A stretch of 63,507 nt of DNA, counting the filler, from Neoconidiobolus thromboides FSU 785 (taxonomy: Eukaryota > Fungi > Entomophthoromycota), in the NCBI GenBank assembly GCA_025603075.1. It is 5 parts of 5 records of this genome, joined end to end, with 100 filler letters (N's around TTAATTAATTAA, not from the genome) between each part and the next. Parts side by side here need not be neighbours in the genome. Positions count along the whole stretch, not along the records: positions 1 to 26,935 come from MU626504.1; positions 27,036 to 44,923 come from MU626574.1; 3 more parts are not named here. One strand, given 5' to 3'. The notes beneath the pieces were generated by a model. That model saw only the letters and a program-made list of their open reading frames with translations, made no database searches and was not told where the DNA came from. Below, piece by piece: positions 23,524-34,113 of this stretch (the stretch's first letter is position 1; every line of letters begins with the position of its first letter). The position numbers were made by a program, and so were the translations under genes.

Positions 23524-24180
23524 CTTATTTTGATTAATAAAATATCAATAAAATACTTTTATTTCAATTAAGAAACAAAAAAAATCAATATCTAGTTCAA
23601 CATATTAACTTCAATTATAAATAATTGATAATAATTAGTAACTTTTGTTAATTAAACTCTTATCCCTAATAATTAGAACTCATAAACCCTGTTTCTAATA
23701 AATTTGAGTTCATAAACTCTATTGTAAACTATAACAAATAGCCTAAACTAATTTTAGTTAAAGTATTTCTAAATTACTTTGAATAATAATTGATAAGTAA
23801 TCATGATAAACTAACAACATAACCCCAACCATCTAGATAAATGAATAATCTTTTAACCTTACACTAAAACTCATCTTAATCTTATAAGCCTCATTTTTAT
23901 TATGTACAATCATAATCACAGTGTTATCAGATATCCTATTTTATTCTTTCTATAAAAAAAAGCAATCAGATAAAATTTTGATATTTTTAACAATCATCAA
24001 GAACAAATTATAATCTAGGATTAGCCAATAATATAAAACTCAAACAATTAATATTTATCTGATGAAAATATCAATTTCTCTATTAAAAGTGAAGCATATA
24101 AAAACTTAATTTCAGAAACAATGAGAATGCAAAATTCGAGTTAATCTCTTTTCATTTTATTCTTTGAAAAATCCACTAAA

Positions 24181-25926
24181 ATGACCCTGGATGATGTTGA
24201 TTTAAAACAAAAAGCTTCTGAAGCTATGATCAAACGTTTAGTTACTTGTATGGTTAATGAAGATATGGTAGCTACCAAATTACTTACTGACAATCATTCG
24301 TTTAATTTACCTACCTTCGATTATAATCATTTAAGTTTTATAACTCAAAAAGATTCTATTAATCCTCAAGAAGGTTTCTTATTAAAATTACAGCATTTAC
24401 CTTTACTTCGTGAAATTGATAGTGGATTTTCTATAGGTTTACTTGATCCCATGGATATTCAATTCCCATTCTATTATTATTCCAATGATAAATTAACTGA
24501 ACTCGATGATGTAACCTTTATAATGGAAAAAGTAAGTATATGGAATAATTTTGATGCTGTTATGGTGAAAAAAGTAACCTTAGAATTGTTGAGTTGTGTA
24601 GAACATCAATATCATGCCTATTTAAATAGAAAAGAAATATTAAATGTAGATACAGCTAAAGCAATTGAATGGGAACAATCTATTGTTGAAGGTCATCCAA
24701 CTCATCCAATGAATAAAGCAAGACATGCCATTGCACCTATCCCATACATTAAGCCAGAAGAAGATATGTTAAGTCCTAAAATGATTGTTTGTAAAGTACC
24801 ACGTGAGGAAGTAACTATCTTAGGTAAATATGAATCTGTATTAAAACCTTTATATGAAGAATTAGCTGGAGAAGTAAATATTGAAACTGAAGCTTTGATT
24901 ATGGTCCATGAATTACAAGTTTACAATTTAAAAGAGAAATTTCCTAATGTCAAAGTATTAAGTAAACAAATCTCAAGTTTGTCTCAAGCTACACTAAGAA
25001 CTATGAAAATTGATGGATTTCCAAACTTTAATTTTAAATTACCATTAGGTATTAAAGTGACTTCAGCATTAAGAACAGTGTCCCCTTGGACTACTTTCTT
25101 TGGTCCTAATTTTGGTCGAATTGCACAAAAAATTAATTTAGATAAAGAGAATTTAATTATTGTTGATGAAGTAGGCTCAATTGTTTCTAATCATCCATCA
25201 ATTGATATGGCTAAACATTTATCCTGTTTGATTCGAGAAGAAGTGGAAGTTCAATGTTTAAAAAGAGATGAAAAGGTAATTATTGCAGCTGCATTAACTG
25301 AAATTGATTTTGATAATGTATCTGTATTAACAAAAGTGTTTAATTTAAATACTTATGAAAAAAGAGTATCTTTTTTTAAAACATATTGTGAAAAATATTT
25401 AACTGCTTTCCTTACCCCAGTAATTAAATTTGGTATTGCATGGGAATCTCATTTACAAAATACATTATGTCGATTTAAAAAAGTAAATGAAGAATATCAA
25501 TTAGTTGGTTTTGCTATTCGTGATTTTGGTGGTATTAAGGTTCATCAAGATACTTTATTCGATGCCATTGGTGAAAAAGTACTAGTATTTAATGAAGATG
25601 CTTCCCAATTAGCTCATAATAAACAAGATATGTACCATGTAGCCTATCATACTATGTTTATGATGCATCTTCATAGAATTCTTCGCTGTTTAAATTTACA
25701 TTATAATGGAATAGGTTGGGAAATCGTTAGAAAAGAGCTAGACAGACAATTACCTAAAGACCATGAGTTGAGGCACCATTGGTTGGAAAATAAAGAAGCA
25801 GATTTCAAAGCGTTTATTTCCATGAAATTAGATGGTTTATTTAGGGATTATCTTTATACTAAAGTACCTAATTTAATTTCTTATCAAATACCTAAAAAGT
25901 TCGAAAGTAAAGTAGTTGATTATTAA
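24181..25926 (+). CDS. IucA/IucC-family NIS synthetase, paralog 2
   Basis: 581-aa intronless ORF; WEQSIVEGHPTHP, FKLPLGIKVTSALRT, WESHLQN, AIRDFGG; colinear with paralog 1 (very roughly 55-60% identity by eye in the core). Confidence 0.9.
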   Translation: MTLDDVDLKQKASEAMIKRLVTCMVNEDMVATKLLTDNHSFNLPTFDYNHLSFITQKDSINPQEGFLLKLQHLPLLREIDSGFSIGLLDPMDIQFPFYYYSNDKLTELDDVTFIMEKVSIWNNFDAVMVKKVTLELLSCVEHQYHAYLNRKEILNVDTAKAIEWEQSIVEGHPTHPMNKARHAIAPIPYIKPEEDMLSPKMIVCKVPREEVTILGKYESVLKPLYEELAGEVNIETEALIMVHELQVYNLKEKFPNVKVLSKQISSLSQATLRTMKIDGFPNFNFKLPLGIKVTSALRTVSPWTTFFGPNFGRIAQKINLDKENLIIVDEVGSIVSNHPSIDMAKHLSCLIREEVEVQCLKRDEKVIIAAALTEIDFDNVSVLTKVFNLNTYEKRVSFFKTYCEKYLTAFLTPVIKFGIAWESHLQNTLCRFKKVNEEYQLVGFAIRDFGGIKVHQDTLFDAIGEKVLVFNEDASQLAHNKQDMYHVAYHTMFMMHLHRILRCLNLHYNGIGWEIVRKELDRQLPKDHELRHHWLENKEADFKAFISMKLDGLFRDYLYTKVPNLISYQIPKKFESKVVDY

Positions 25927-26175
25927 AAAAGAAGTTTGTGATAAAAAACGTTACATCTGATAGTGGATGAATAAAATAATTTTATTTTTTTAATATTTTG
26001 TTGCTTTGTTTTATCGTTTATTTTATTTTGATTTTATTGATGTTGATATGATGGACTTACATTAGTTTTTTGATATAACATATTGATAGATAGATACATG
26101 TAAGCTACAAGGGCTTTGAAGTCCTCAGACTCAGACCCAAAGGCGTATCAATTGATAAGTTGACATAAAGTAAGA

Positions 26176-26275
26176 TAAGAGGATTTTTTTGGTCCCATTA
26201 CTTTTTCCATTTTTTAAGCTCTATTTAAATCGAAAAGTTGTTAACAAAATCCTTAAACAAAAATACATCCCCATA
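26176..26275 (-). mobile_element. MITE-like element copy
   Basis: ttactttttccattttttaagc...aaatacatccccata. Confidence 0.75.
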
Positions 26276-26456
26276 AGATAAGTTCAATACTCGGGCAATG
26301 GAAGTGAGAAGTTTTAAAGACTTCTTAAATATAAGATAAAAACTATAATTTAGATTAATTGAATTAGTGTAATTGATAAGACTTAAAAGAATGATTTATT
26401 TCATAATAAATAATAAAATAGAGCTTAATCAAGAGAAATTTTAAAAGGAATTTATG

Positions 26457-26561
26457 ATTTGGGGATGTATTTTTGTGTTTAAGAATTTTACTAACAAATT
26501 TTCCGCTTAAATAGTGCTTAAAAAATGGAAAAAATAATGAAGTTAAAAAAACATTCCCATT
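26457..26561 (+). mobile_element. MITE-like element copy (near-consensus)
   Basis: TTTGGGGATGTATTTTTGTG...ACATTCCCAT. Confidence 0.85.
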
Positions 26562-26833
26562 TATATACTTTTTATGAGTCTAAAAAGCATTAATGAACTA
26601 TATTTTATATTCATAATATATATCATCAAGATTAGTAATAATTTTAAGATTGATTTTCTTTATATTAATTTTTAAAATGCATTCAATTTTATAAAGTGAT
26701 TTGATTAATAATTCTGATAAAAACAGCTCTTACTTTTATTTTATAACTAATTTACTAAATTGATATTTTATTTTCACATAATATTTTTATTTAAAACAAT
26801 TATATTTTACATTAAAAATAAATAGATAAAAAC

Positions 26834-26935
26834 TTATTGAATGGATATCCTTATTTTCTTGTCTTCTTTCTTAACTCGCTTTGGAATTATTAGATTCAAT
26901 ACTCCATCAGTTAGATCTGCTTGAATCTCTTCAGC
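26834..26935 (-). CDS. HSP20: C-terminal fragment of a small heat-shock protein (HSP20/alpha-crystallin), 5' part lost at the contig join
   Basis: Translates AEEIQADLTDGVLNLIIPKRVKKEDKKIRISIQ*, matching the A-x-L-x-D-G-V-L-x-I-x-x-P-K motif plus the terminal I-x-I motif. Confidence 0.8.
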   Translation of the reverse strand, partial: AEEIQADLTDGVLNLIIPKRVKKEDKKIRISIQ

Positions 26936-27035
26936 NNNNNNNNNNNNNNNNNNNNNNNNNNNNNNNNNNNNNNNNNNNNTTAATTAATTAANNNNNNNNN
27001 NNNNNNNNNNNNNNNNNNNNNNNNNNNNNNNNNNN
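26936..27035. other. Artificial contig-join linker
   Basis: 44 N + TTAATTAATTAA (stops in six frames) + 44 N; same layout at 44924, 61028, 62236. Confidence 0.95.
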
Positions 27036-27172
27036 ATAAATTTGTCCATAAAATTCCGTCAAAGTAATTGAAAATAGTATAAATAGCTTGAAGTCTTAAC
27101 AATAATACAGTATCCAATTTAAATCAAGTATAAACTTAACTTGTATTATCTCTTTACGTTTGTCTATATAAA

Positions 27173-27625
27173 ATGAAATCTACTATTGCTATCTCTGCTA
27201 TCCTCATTGCTGCTTCCTGTGCTGAAGCTTTCTCCTTCAAAAATGCTTTAAAGCATGTCTTCAAACGTGAAGCTCCTAAAGATAAATGCTTGAAAGCTAA
27301 TAACTCAGCTTATGGATGGGCTAATATCAATGATGCTAACGTACCACCATGTTGGATTGAAAATGGTGGTAAATTTGATTGTTATGAATATGCTGATAAA
27401 AATACCAAAAAATGTGATAATTGGGCTGGTATGTTTGATATTCATAATCAACAACATGGTGGTCCACCAGCTGAAACTTGTGATCATGGTAACATGGGTA
27501 CTTTATGTAATACTAAAAAAGAAAAATGCCCAGATTGTTGGGTAAAGAATGGTAACAAATATGACTGTTATGTTAAATCTAGTGGTAAATGTCCATGGGG
27601 TGGAATGATTGATATCTCTCAATAA
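27173..27625 (+). CDS. Small secreted Cys/Trp-rich repeat protein (2 repeats)
   Basis: 150 aa; signal MKSTIAISAILIAASCAEA, KR-EA processing site, two repeats with core P-x-C-W-[IV]-x-N-G-x-K-[FY]-D-C-Y. Confidence 0.9.
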   Translation: MKSTIAISAILIAASCAEAFSFKNALKHVFKREAPKDKCLKANNSAYGWANINDANVPPCWIENGGKFDCYEYADKNTKKCDNWAGMFDIHNQQHGGPPAETCDHGNMGTLCNTKKEKCPDCWVKNGNKYDCYVKSSGKCPWGGMIDISQ

Positions 27626-27866
27626 TTTGTTTATGTTGCTTTCTAACTTGTTAATTTTGTAAAATAAAATAAAAATGTAAATCAAATATAACTTTTATTA
27701 CTTTACGCTCTAATATATTGATATTTTATTTGAATAGTATGTTGATATAGCAAATGGACATTTTGTCCTTAGAATGATATAAACCATCAATAAAAATCGT
27801 TTCTTAAAAAATATATGCTTTGGCTTAGAGAATTTAACTAAGAGATAGTAAAACCAAAATATTATT

Positions 27867-27948
27867 TGTCAACTGTGGGGTTCGAACCCACGCCTCTCTC
27901 GAGATTGCATCTTAAGTGCAACGCCTTAGACCGCTCGGCCAAATTGAC
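27867..27948 (-). tRNA. tRNA-Leu(TAA)
   Basis: 82 nt; acceptor GTCAATT/AGTTGAC, anticodon stem TTGCA-CTTAAGA-TGCAA, long variable arm, GGTTCGAACC T-loop; identical to the copy at 32743. Confidence 0.95.
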
Positions 27949-28038
27949 TTATTGTCAGATGTAGTGTAATGTATTTAATATAATAAAATTACAGACCAAA
28001 AAGGTTTATTGATAACAAAATGATAATATAACAAAAAA

Positions 28039-31000
28039 TCAAAGGCTATTTAAATTGACACCTTGTAACAAGGATGCAATATCAACGGATGGAGCAAGGA
28101 TAGGGAAATTGGTAGCTTTTATATTCTTTATAAATAAAGATAATTTTTGATTAAAAGCATCTTTACTACTTGAAGACAAATCTTTGGTCATATGCTTATG
28201 TAATTCATCAAGCTCCTATAAATAAGATATTAAAATTAAGTGAATAAATACAATGATAACTTCATACAGTCTTCAATTTAGGTTGAAATTCATAAACCTG
28301 GGCGCTAATTAGTTTATCTGAAAATTCTGGGAAAAACTACAAAATTATATAAGAAATGCTATTTAAGTTTATAAAAATGACAGCTTACATTAAAATCTAA
28401 AATTACAATAGGAAGGATAGCTCTTGAGAAATACCACCCATTTATGAGGGAACTTAATAGCAATTGTAAAAATAATAATTCCAATGTTTTTCCTAATCTC
28501 TTGGGATTGTCTCTATAAAATTTATGGACTGGTGATTCAAGGTCAGGGTAATTATATAATCTAGTTGCAATTGATTCTATTGATCTACAACATTGATTTA
28601 CTATTTGTATATTATTCGTTTGAATACCATTTTCCAAGCTTTGATGAATAATATCTTCTACACCTTCTACTTTTTTCTTTATATCAATCCAATTATCTAT
28701 AACTATTGTTTCCAATAAGGAATAATAAGTGGCCTGTAACTTAGGATATAACTATATATAACTATTAATATTAATTTGGTGAATAAAGAATCAATATTAC
28801 ATTAAGTTGGTTTAGCTGTAAGCTAACTAAAACTTTAAAATAACTATTCAAGACTTCTTTAACAGTGGTATCTTTATAAACTTTAAAAACCCCAAAACAT
28901 ACGTACGAACCACCAAATAGTCTATGTAAAATCATAAAGTATAATCGAATGATTTTTACTCTTTTGACTTCATTTAATCCAACACTATCATTTAACCATT
29001 TTAATATTTTATTTCCTATTATTTATTGATATTTATTAATATTTATTAATAATATGATATAATATATAACATAATAACATTAATTTAATTACCTATATGG
29101 CATAAAATAGGACTAAATAATTTAATAAAAGTTAATTTATACAATTAATATATATTAATAATAAAATTACCCAAATTCTTTAAATAAAATAACACCATTT
29201 GCTGATGCAACTGGAAATAATAATCTTTGTGAACGATTATAACACATTTCTCTAAATAATTTGCAAGTTGAATGAATAGTTGAATATGATTCAATTGAAT
29301 CATTTTCATGATTTAAAAGAATTATAAATGGATCAGAAAATAATCTAAAATAGTTTGGGAAAAACCATTCATAAATATAACAAAATTGTTGTCTTTGAGT
29401 TAATGAAATAAACATTCCTTCAAAATCTCGTGCTAGTCCACTTAATGAAAACACTTTTGCTGTAGTTAATTCAAATGAATTTTTATGAGCTAATAATTGT
29501 TGTTCAAAACAAACTTTAAAATTATTATCGAATATTGTTTCAACTTGGTTATTATTTAATAATAACAATTTAATTAAACAGCTATAAAATTGAGAACGAT
29601 ATTTTAAATGAAAATTATTATTCATAAATGGATAATGATCTGGACCATGGTAATTTAACATATGATTAACTATATTACTATTTTTTAATTTCTGCGAAAT
29701 TGCATATGAATTGGTTAATTTAACTAATACTTGTATTGAACTAACAATTATATTTGAAGAATCATTATAAATACTAGTTAAATTGATATAAATTCGATTC
29801 ACCATTGCTTCTAATATTGCTTCTACACCATCTAAACTATTATTATCTTTTAATCTTTGAACTACAACATTAACTTTATACCCACTATCACTTAAATAGG
29901 TATCTTGTAATTTTCCAAAAAAGTATAAAAAACCCTTGCCTAAATTTTGTTGACTTTCGCGATTCATAAGATTATTATTCTATTTAAATTGTATATAAGT
30001 ATTTAAATTCTATTTAATAATTTGGTTATTACTCTTGTAAGAAGTGCTTGATTTAAAAGCAATAATGAAAACATTCTACTACATAATTCCGCATCTGCTT
30101 TGTTATCTTCATCTAAAGAATGATATGTCTAAACAAATTTAACATTTAGTTAATATCTATAAAGCTATAGCAATCAAAATTACTACTCTTACTGCCAAAA
30201 AGGCACCAACAATATGAGAAAACCAAGCCAATTTAGAATGCAAAAGGTCAACTGTATTTAAATCAATATTGCTACTATTTATAACATTCTAAATAATAAG
30301 TTAATTTATTATTATTCAATCAAACAAAATTACTTGATATTCAAAAAATATTGGATCAAAATTCTTCAATAAAATATCTTTACTTAAAGTATAACGATAT
30401 CTGGCAATAGTGCATAATGCTTCTAAACTTTCATGAATATGTTCTTGTGAACATAATAAATCTAAAATAAAAATTGTTATATATATCATACAAAATAGAA
30501 TAAAATTACCTTCAAAACTAGAATCTCCACTATAAATTTCATCAGTAGCTTTTAATCTATAATCCAAAAATATACTAAAGATCTAAAATGAAATTGAATA
30601 TATTAAAATAAAATAAAGTAATTAATTAATAAATTAATGTTTACCTCAGTAGGAAACATATGAAAATCTAAATGGTGATGTGATGAATTTGATGGAGAAG
30701 AAGGTTGAATGAAGTTCCAGGAAGATTCAACTAATTTTACCCATGTACGCAATATATAATGAACTGAATTAGGATAAGACTAGATAATAAAATATATTAA
30801 AACATATTAAAATGATGGGTTAAAAATTATCACCTCCCATTTTTGCATACTGATCTTACTAAAATGCCAATATGCAACAATAAACCTATTTATTAAAATA
30901 TTATTAATATTGTTCTATATTTATTATGTTATTAGATTACCTATAATATACAGTTGTATTAGTAATATTTTGTAAATGATGAACTGAACGAAATCTACAG

Positions 31001-32226
31001 ATAGCTCTTGCGACAGTATGGTGGTTATCTATATCATCCAGATTTAAACCATTTTCCAATAAATGATTAAAGTTATTTAAAATATTAGTAGTAAAATCAA
31101 TAATTTCTTTATCATTTAATAGACTCTTTCTTAAAGTTAATAATGAAATCATAGCATCAATACTCAAATGAGATAATGGTGTTCTTAATTTACTATATAA
31201 ATAAAAAAACCCATTACAAAATTTTTCATCTATTAATGTAATTTTCCAATCTCTTGGAAACTAAATAGTTTGTTTTGTTAAGATTATATTATAATAAATA
31301 GTAAATAATAAAATGCTTACTTGAGTTGAGCCGGAATCATCTTCAGATGGATCGCCATGTGAGCCCATGAAATCAAAGGTTAAAAACCCTTTTAAACAAA
31401 GTAATAACTCTTCGACATAAGATAAATTATATTCTTCAACTAAACAATATAAAATACTAATTGATTATTATAATGTTTTTACCATATGAGAATTCCGAAA
31501 AATTTATTAGATCATAAAACATTCCCAATACCAATTCAAATAATCCAAACATTGGTCCATCTCTAAAATCATTGACCATTCGTCGATTATTTAAGTGCTC
31601 TTCTTCATCTATTATCCTTAAGAACTCAATTAATAATATCATTCCTATCTTTTTATGTCCATAATCTCCCTGATTTTAATTTAAAATAAAATTATTAATA
31701 ACAATGTGATTATAATTACCATTAAAAATTGATTTAAATCTTCAGTTATCCCTGGGCTGAGCACTTTATAATTTGATTTAATAATAATGGCATACATTAT
31801 GGCCATATTTGTAGTCAAAAATTTACTACTATTTCTTCTAAAATATATAGTCTCCAATATTCCTTTTTCTATATATTCATATGTTATTATTGTATCAGAA
31901 GATTATTATATATATTTACTTAATTCGTCTAATTTTTCTGGTTTTAATAAAGTAACAATGGTTTGAATATCTTTAATAAATCTCGAAGAACAATACATAT
32001 CTAGGTAAGCATTGTTTCCTCCATTATTATTAATAGCTCTTAATAAAAATTGAGAATAATCCCACACATCTTGACTAGCATTACTATCTTGAAGTTGAAT
32101 TTCAGGTAATATCACACTTAATTGTAATTCGCTTTTTTGTCTTTCCGCTAAGCTAGAAGCTGTATAAAGTATTTGAGCATACTCAATTATTAATCGAATT
32201 TTTTCGTTTATATTATATATATCCAT
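28039..32226 (-). CDS. XPO7: Exportin-7 / RanBP16-17-like importin-beta family protein, multi-exon
   Basis: Exon translations match XPO7 hallmarks: FDFMGSHGDPSEDDSGSTQ, SVHYILRTW, GLARDFEGMF...YEWFFPNY, EMCYNRSQRLLFPVASANGVILFKE, NGWYFSRAILPIVIL, SKDAFNQKLSLF; I traced the stop to TGA at 28039-28041; internal exon limits are approximate. Confidence 0.85.
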
Positions 32227-32742
32227 TATGTATTAAAATTTCGATATAAAAGTTGATAAAACAATAGGAGTTTAAATTTTTAACTTTGCTTTCGTATGTT
32301 TTTAGTAAATGAAAAACTTAGTGGGCCAATCATTATGATTATTCTTACTTGGGTGCCATCCATAGTATCAAATTAACTAAAGTTATTTGTTAAATATTTC
32401 ATGAAAAACTATTGTTTTAAAGCAAAATTTTTACCCCAGAACATTTATGATAAGATTATTGGGAAGTAGAAGTACAATTTTAAATAGTTTTACCAGTTTA
32501 AACTCATCTAGTTTAAAGTCCAATTTTTAAATTTCCTTAAATGATAATCAAGTAAAGAAAGCAACATATTTCTATAAAACAGTAACAACAATAGACTTAT
32601 AAAGCATATATTAACAAAAGTGTATCTTTTTTGAACAATAATGTAAAAAACTAATAAACTATTATCAATAAAATAAATACCATACCTATTGCTATTAAAA
32701 AATAAAATATATAAAATATATCATGATTTATGATCATAACTT

Positions 32743-32824
32743 GTCAATTTGGCCGAGCGGTCTAAGGCGTTGCACTTAAGATGCAATCTCGAGAGAGGCG
32801 TGGGTTCGAACCCCACAGTTGACA
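32743..32824 (+). tRNA. tRNA-Leu(TAA)
   Basis: GTCAATTTGGCCGAGCGGTCTAAGGCGTTGCACTTAAGATGCAATCTCGAGAGAGGCGTGGGTTCGAACCCCACAGTTGACA followed by a T4 run. Confidence 0.95.
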
Positions 32825-33774
32825 TTTTGTTCACTTATTGAACTCTTTCTTTTGGTTTAAATAGAAAGCTCTTAGAGCTATTTTTAACATAGGAGGTGTC
32901 CATTTTTTAATAATTTAAATTTACAATAATCTGCTCAAATAATGCATAAAAGATGAAAAAAGCGATGAGATAAAAAAGAATGTCCCCATGTATCAACGTC
33001 TTGTATAAAAATTTAATCACCGAGTCGTTCAGTTTTTTTACTATTTAAAAGTGGGATGAATCATCGAAATAAAAGCCATTATTATATTAATACTACAATA
33101 ATTTAGTTTTTGATGTTTAAATTTATTAAATGTATTGCAAACAATTTATTTTCTAATCAATTGTAGTTTCATATATTAGTCCATTATTGTTGTTAATTAA
33201 AATCGTTATAATATAGAAATTTGTATTAAAATTATTAGTGTTTCATCTTTATATGTGAGCATAATGAGTATAGCTATCCAAATTTATCAATATACAAAAC
33301 TATATATTAATGTATAATATTAAAAATGATATTTTTAAACAAATAAAAAAGTAAATTGTTTTACAAGAACAGAAAACAATGAAGTCTCATTTTGATTATT
33401 TTATAAAATTATAAGATATTCTATTTGTTTCTTTTAAATTGATGTTTTTTTATAAAAGTTGGAAATACCTACTAAAACATAATGGGATTTATTGTGTTTT
33501 AAATATTAAGAAATGTCTAAGTAAATGTTATATAGAAACTTGATTTATAAACTAATGATCAAATCGTTATAAATTGATAACCTTTACATAACAAAATAAA
33601 AACTATCGTATTGTAATTTAATATATAATATTTTAAAATCATTAAAATTTAGTGATCTAAATTATCAAATGTATAAAAAAATCATGTATTTTTGAATAAT
33701 GATATAATACAATTAGTTAATACATAACATTTAAACTATGAATACTTTTAGGCTTTAGCTTTAATACTCATATT

Positions 33775-33879
33775 ATATGGAGATGTGTTTTTGTGTTTAG
33801 GAATTTTACTAACAATCTTTCCATCCAAATAGTGCTTAAAAGATGGAAAAAGTAATGAAACCAAAAAACATCTTTATAT
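33775..33879 (+). mobile_element. MITE-like element copy
   Basis: ATATGGAGATGTG...AACATCTTTATAT. Confidence 0.8.
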
Positions 33880-34113
33880 ATTAAATAATTCGGTGTTAAT
33901 TGATGACTAAATTAGTAAAATAAAAGAACTCAATTTTATTAGGAGGGGAATAATATAATAATTAGGAACATAATAATCCGAATTAATTAAAAAGGTTTTT
34001 TATTTCTAAAAATAATTTATCTATAAAGTGCTAACTCAACTATAAATATGGAATGAATACAATTTTGGACTATAAGTTTAAATAAAAACCATTAACTTTG
34101 AAAGTTATTTAAT

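Larger units (their letters stand above)
18687..24063. promoter_or_regulatory. Cluster of ATCWGATAA iron-responsive GATA-repressor (SreA/Sre1/Fep1-type) sites
   Basis: Perfect matches on either strand at 18687, 20745, 20782, 20945, 21149 (two-sided TTATCTGATAA), 21801, 23924, 23965, 24055. Confidence 0.75.

Noticed and set aside
18774-25926. Bacterial contamination or recent HGT inferred from intronless NIS genes
   Set aside because: The permease between them has canonical introns, AT-rich codon usage resembles the neighbours, NIS genes are known in early-diverging fungi, and several native genes here are also intronless; ancient HGT needs a phylogeny
26936-27035. Palindromic TTAATTAATTAA inside N runs, four times, as a biological motif
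   Set aside because: The identical 44N-12-44N layout with six-frame stops is a scaffolding linker; neighbourhoods across joins were not used as evidence
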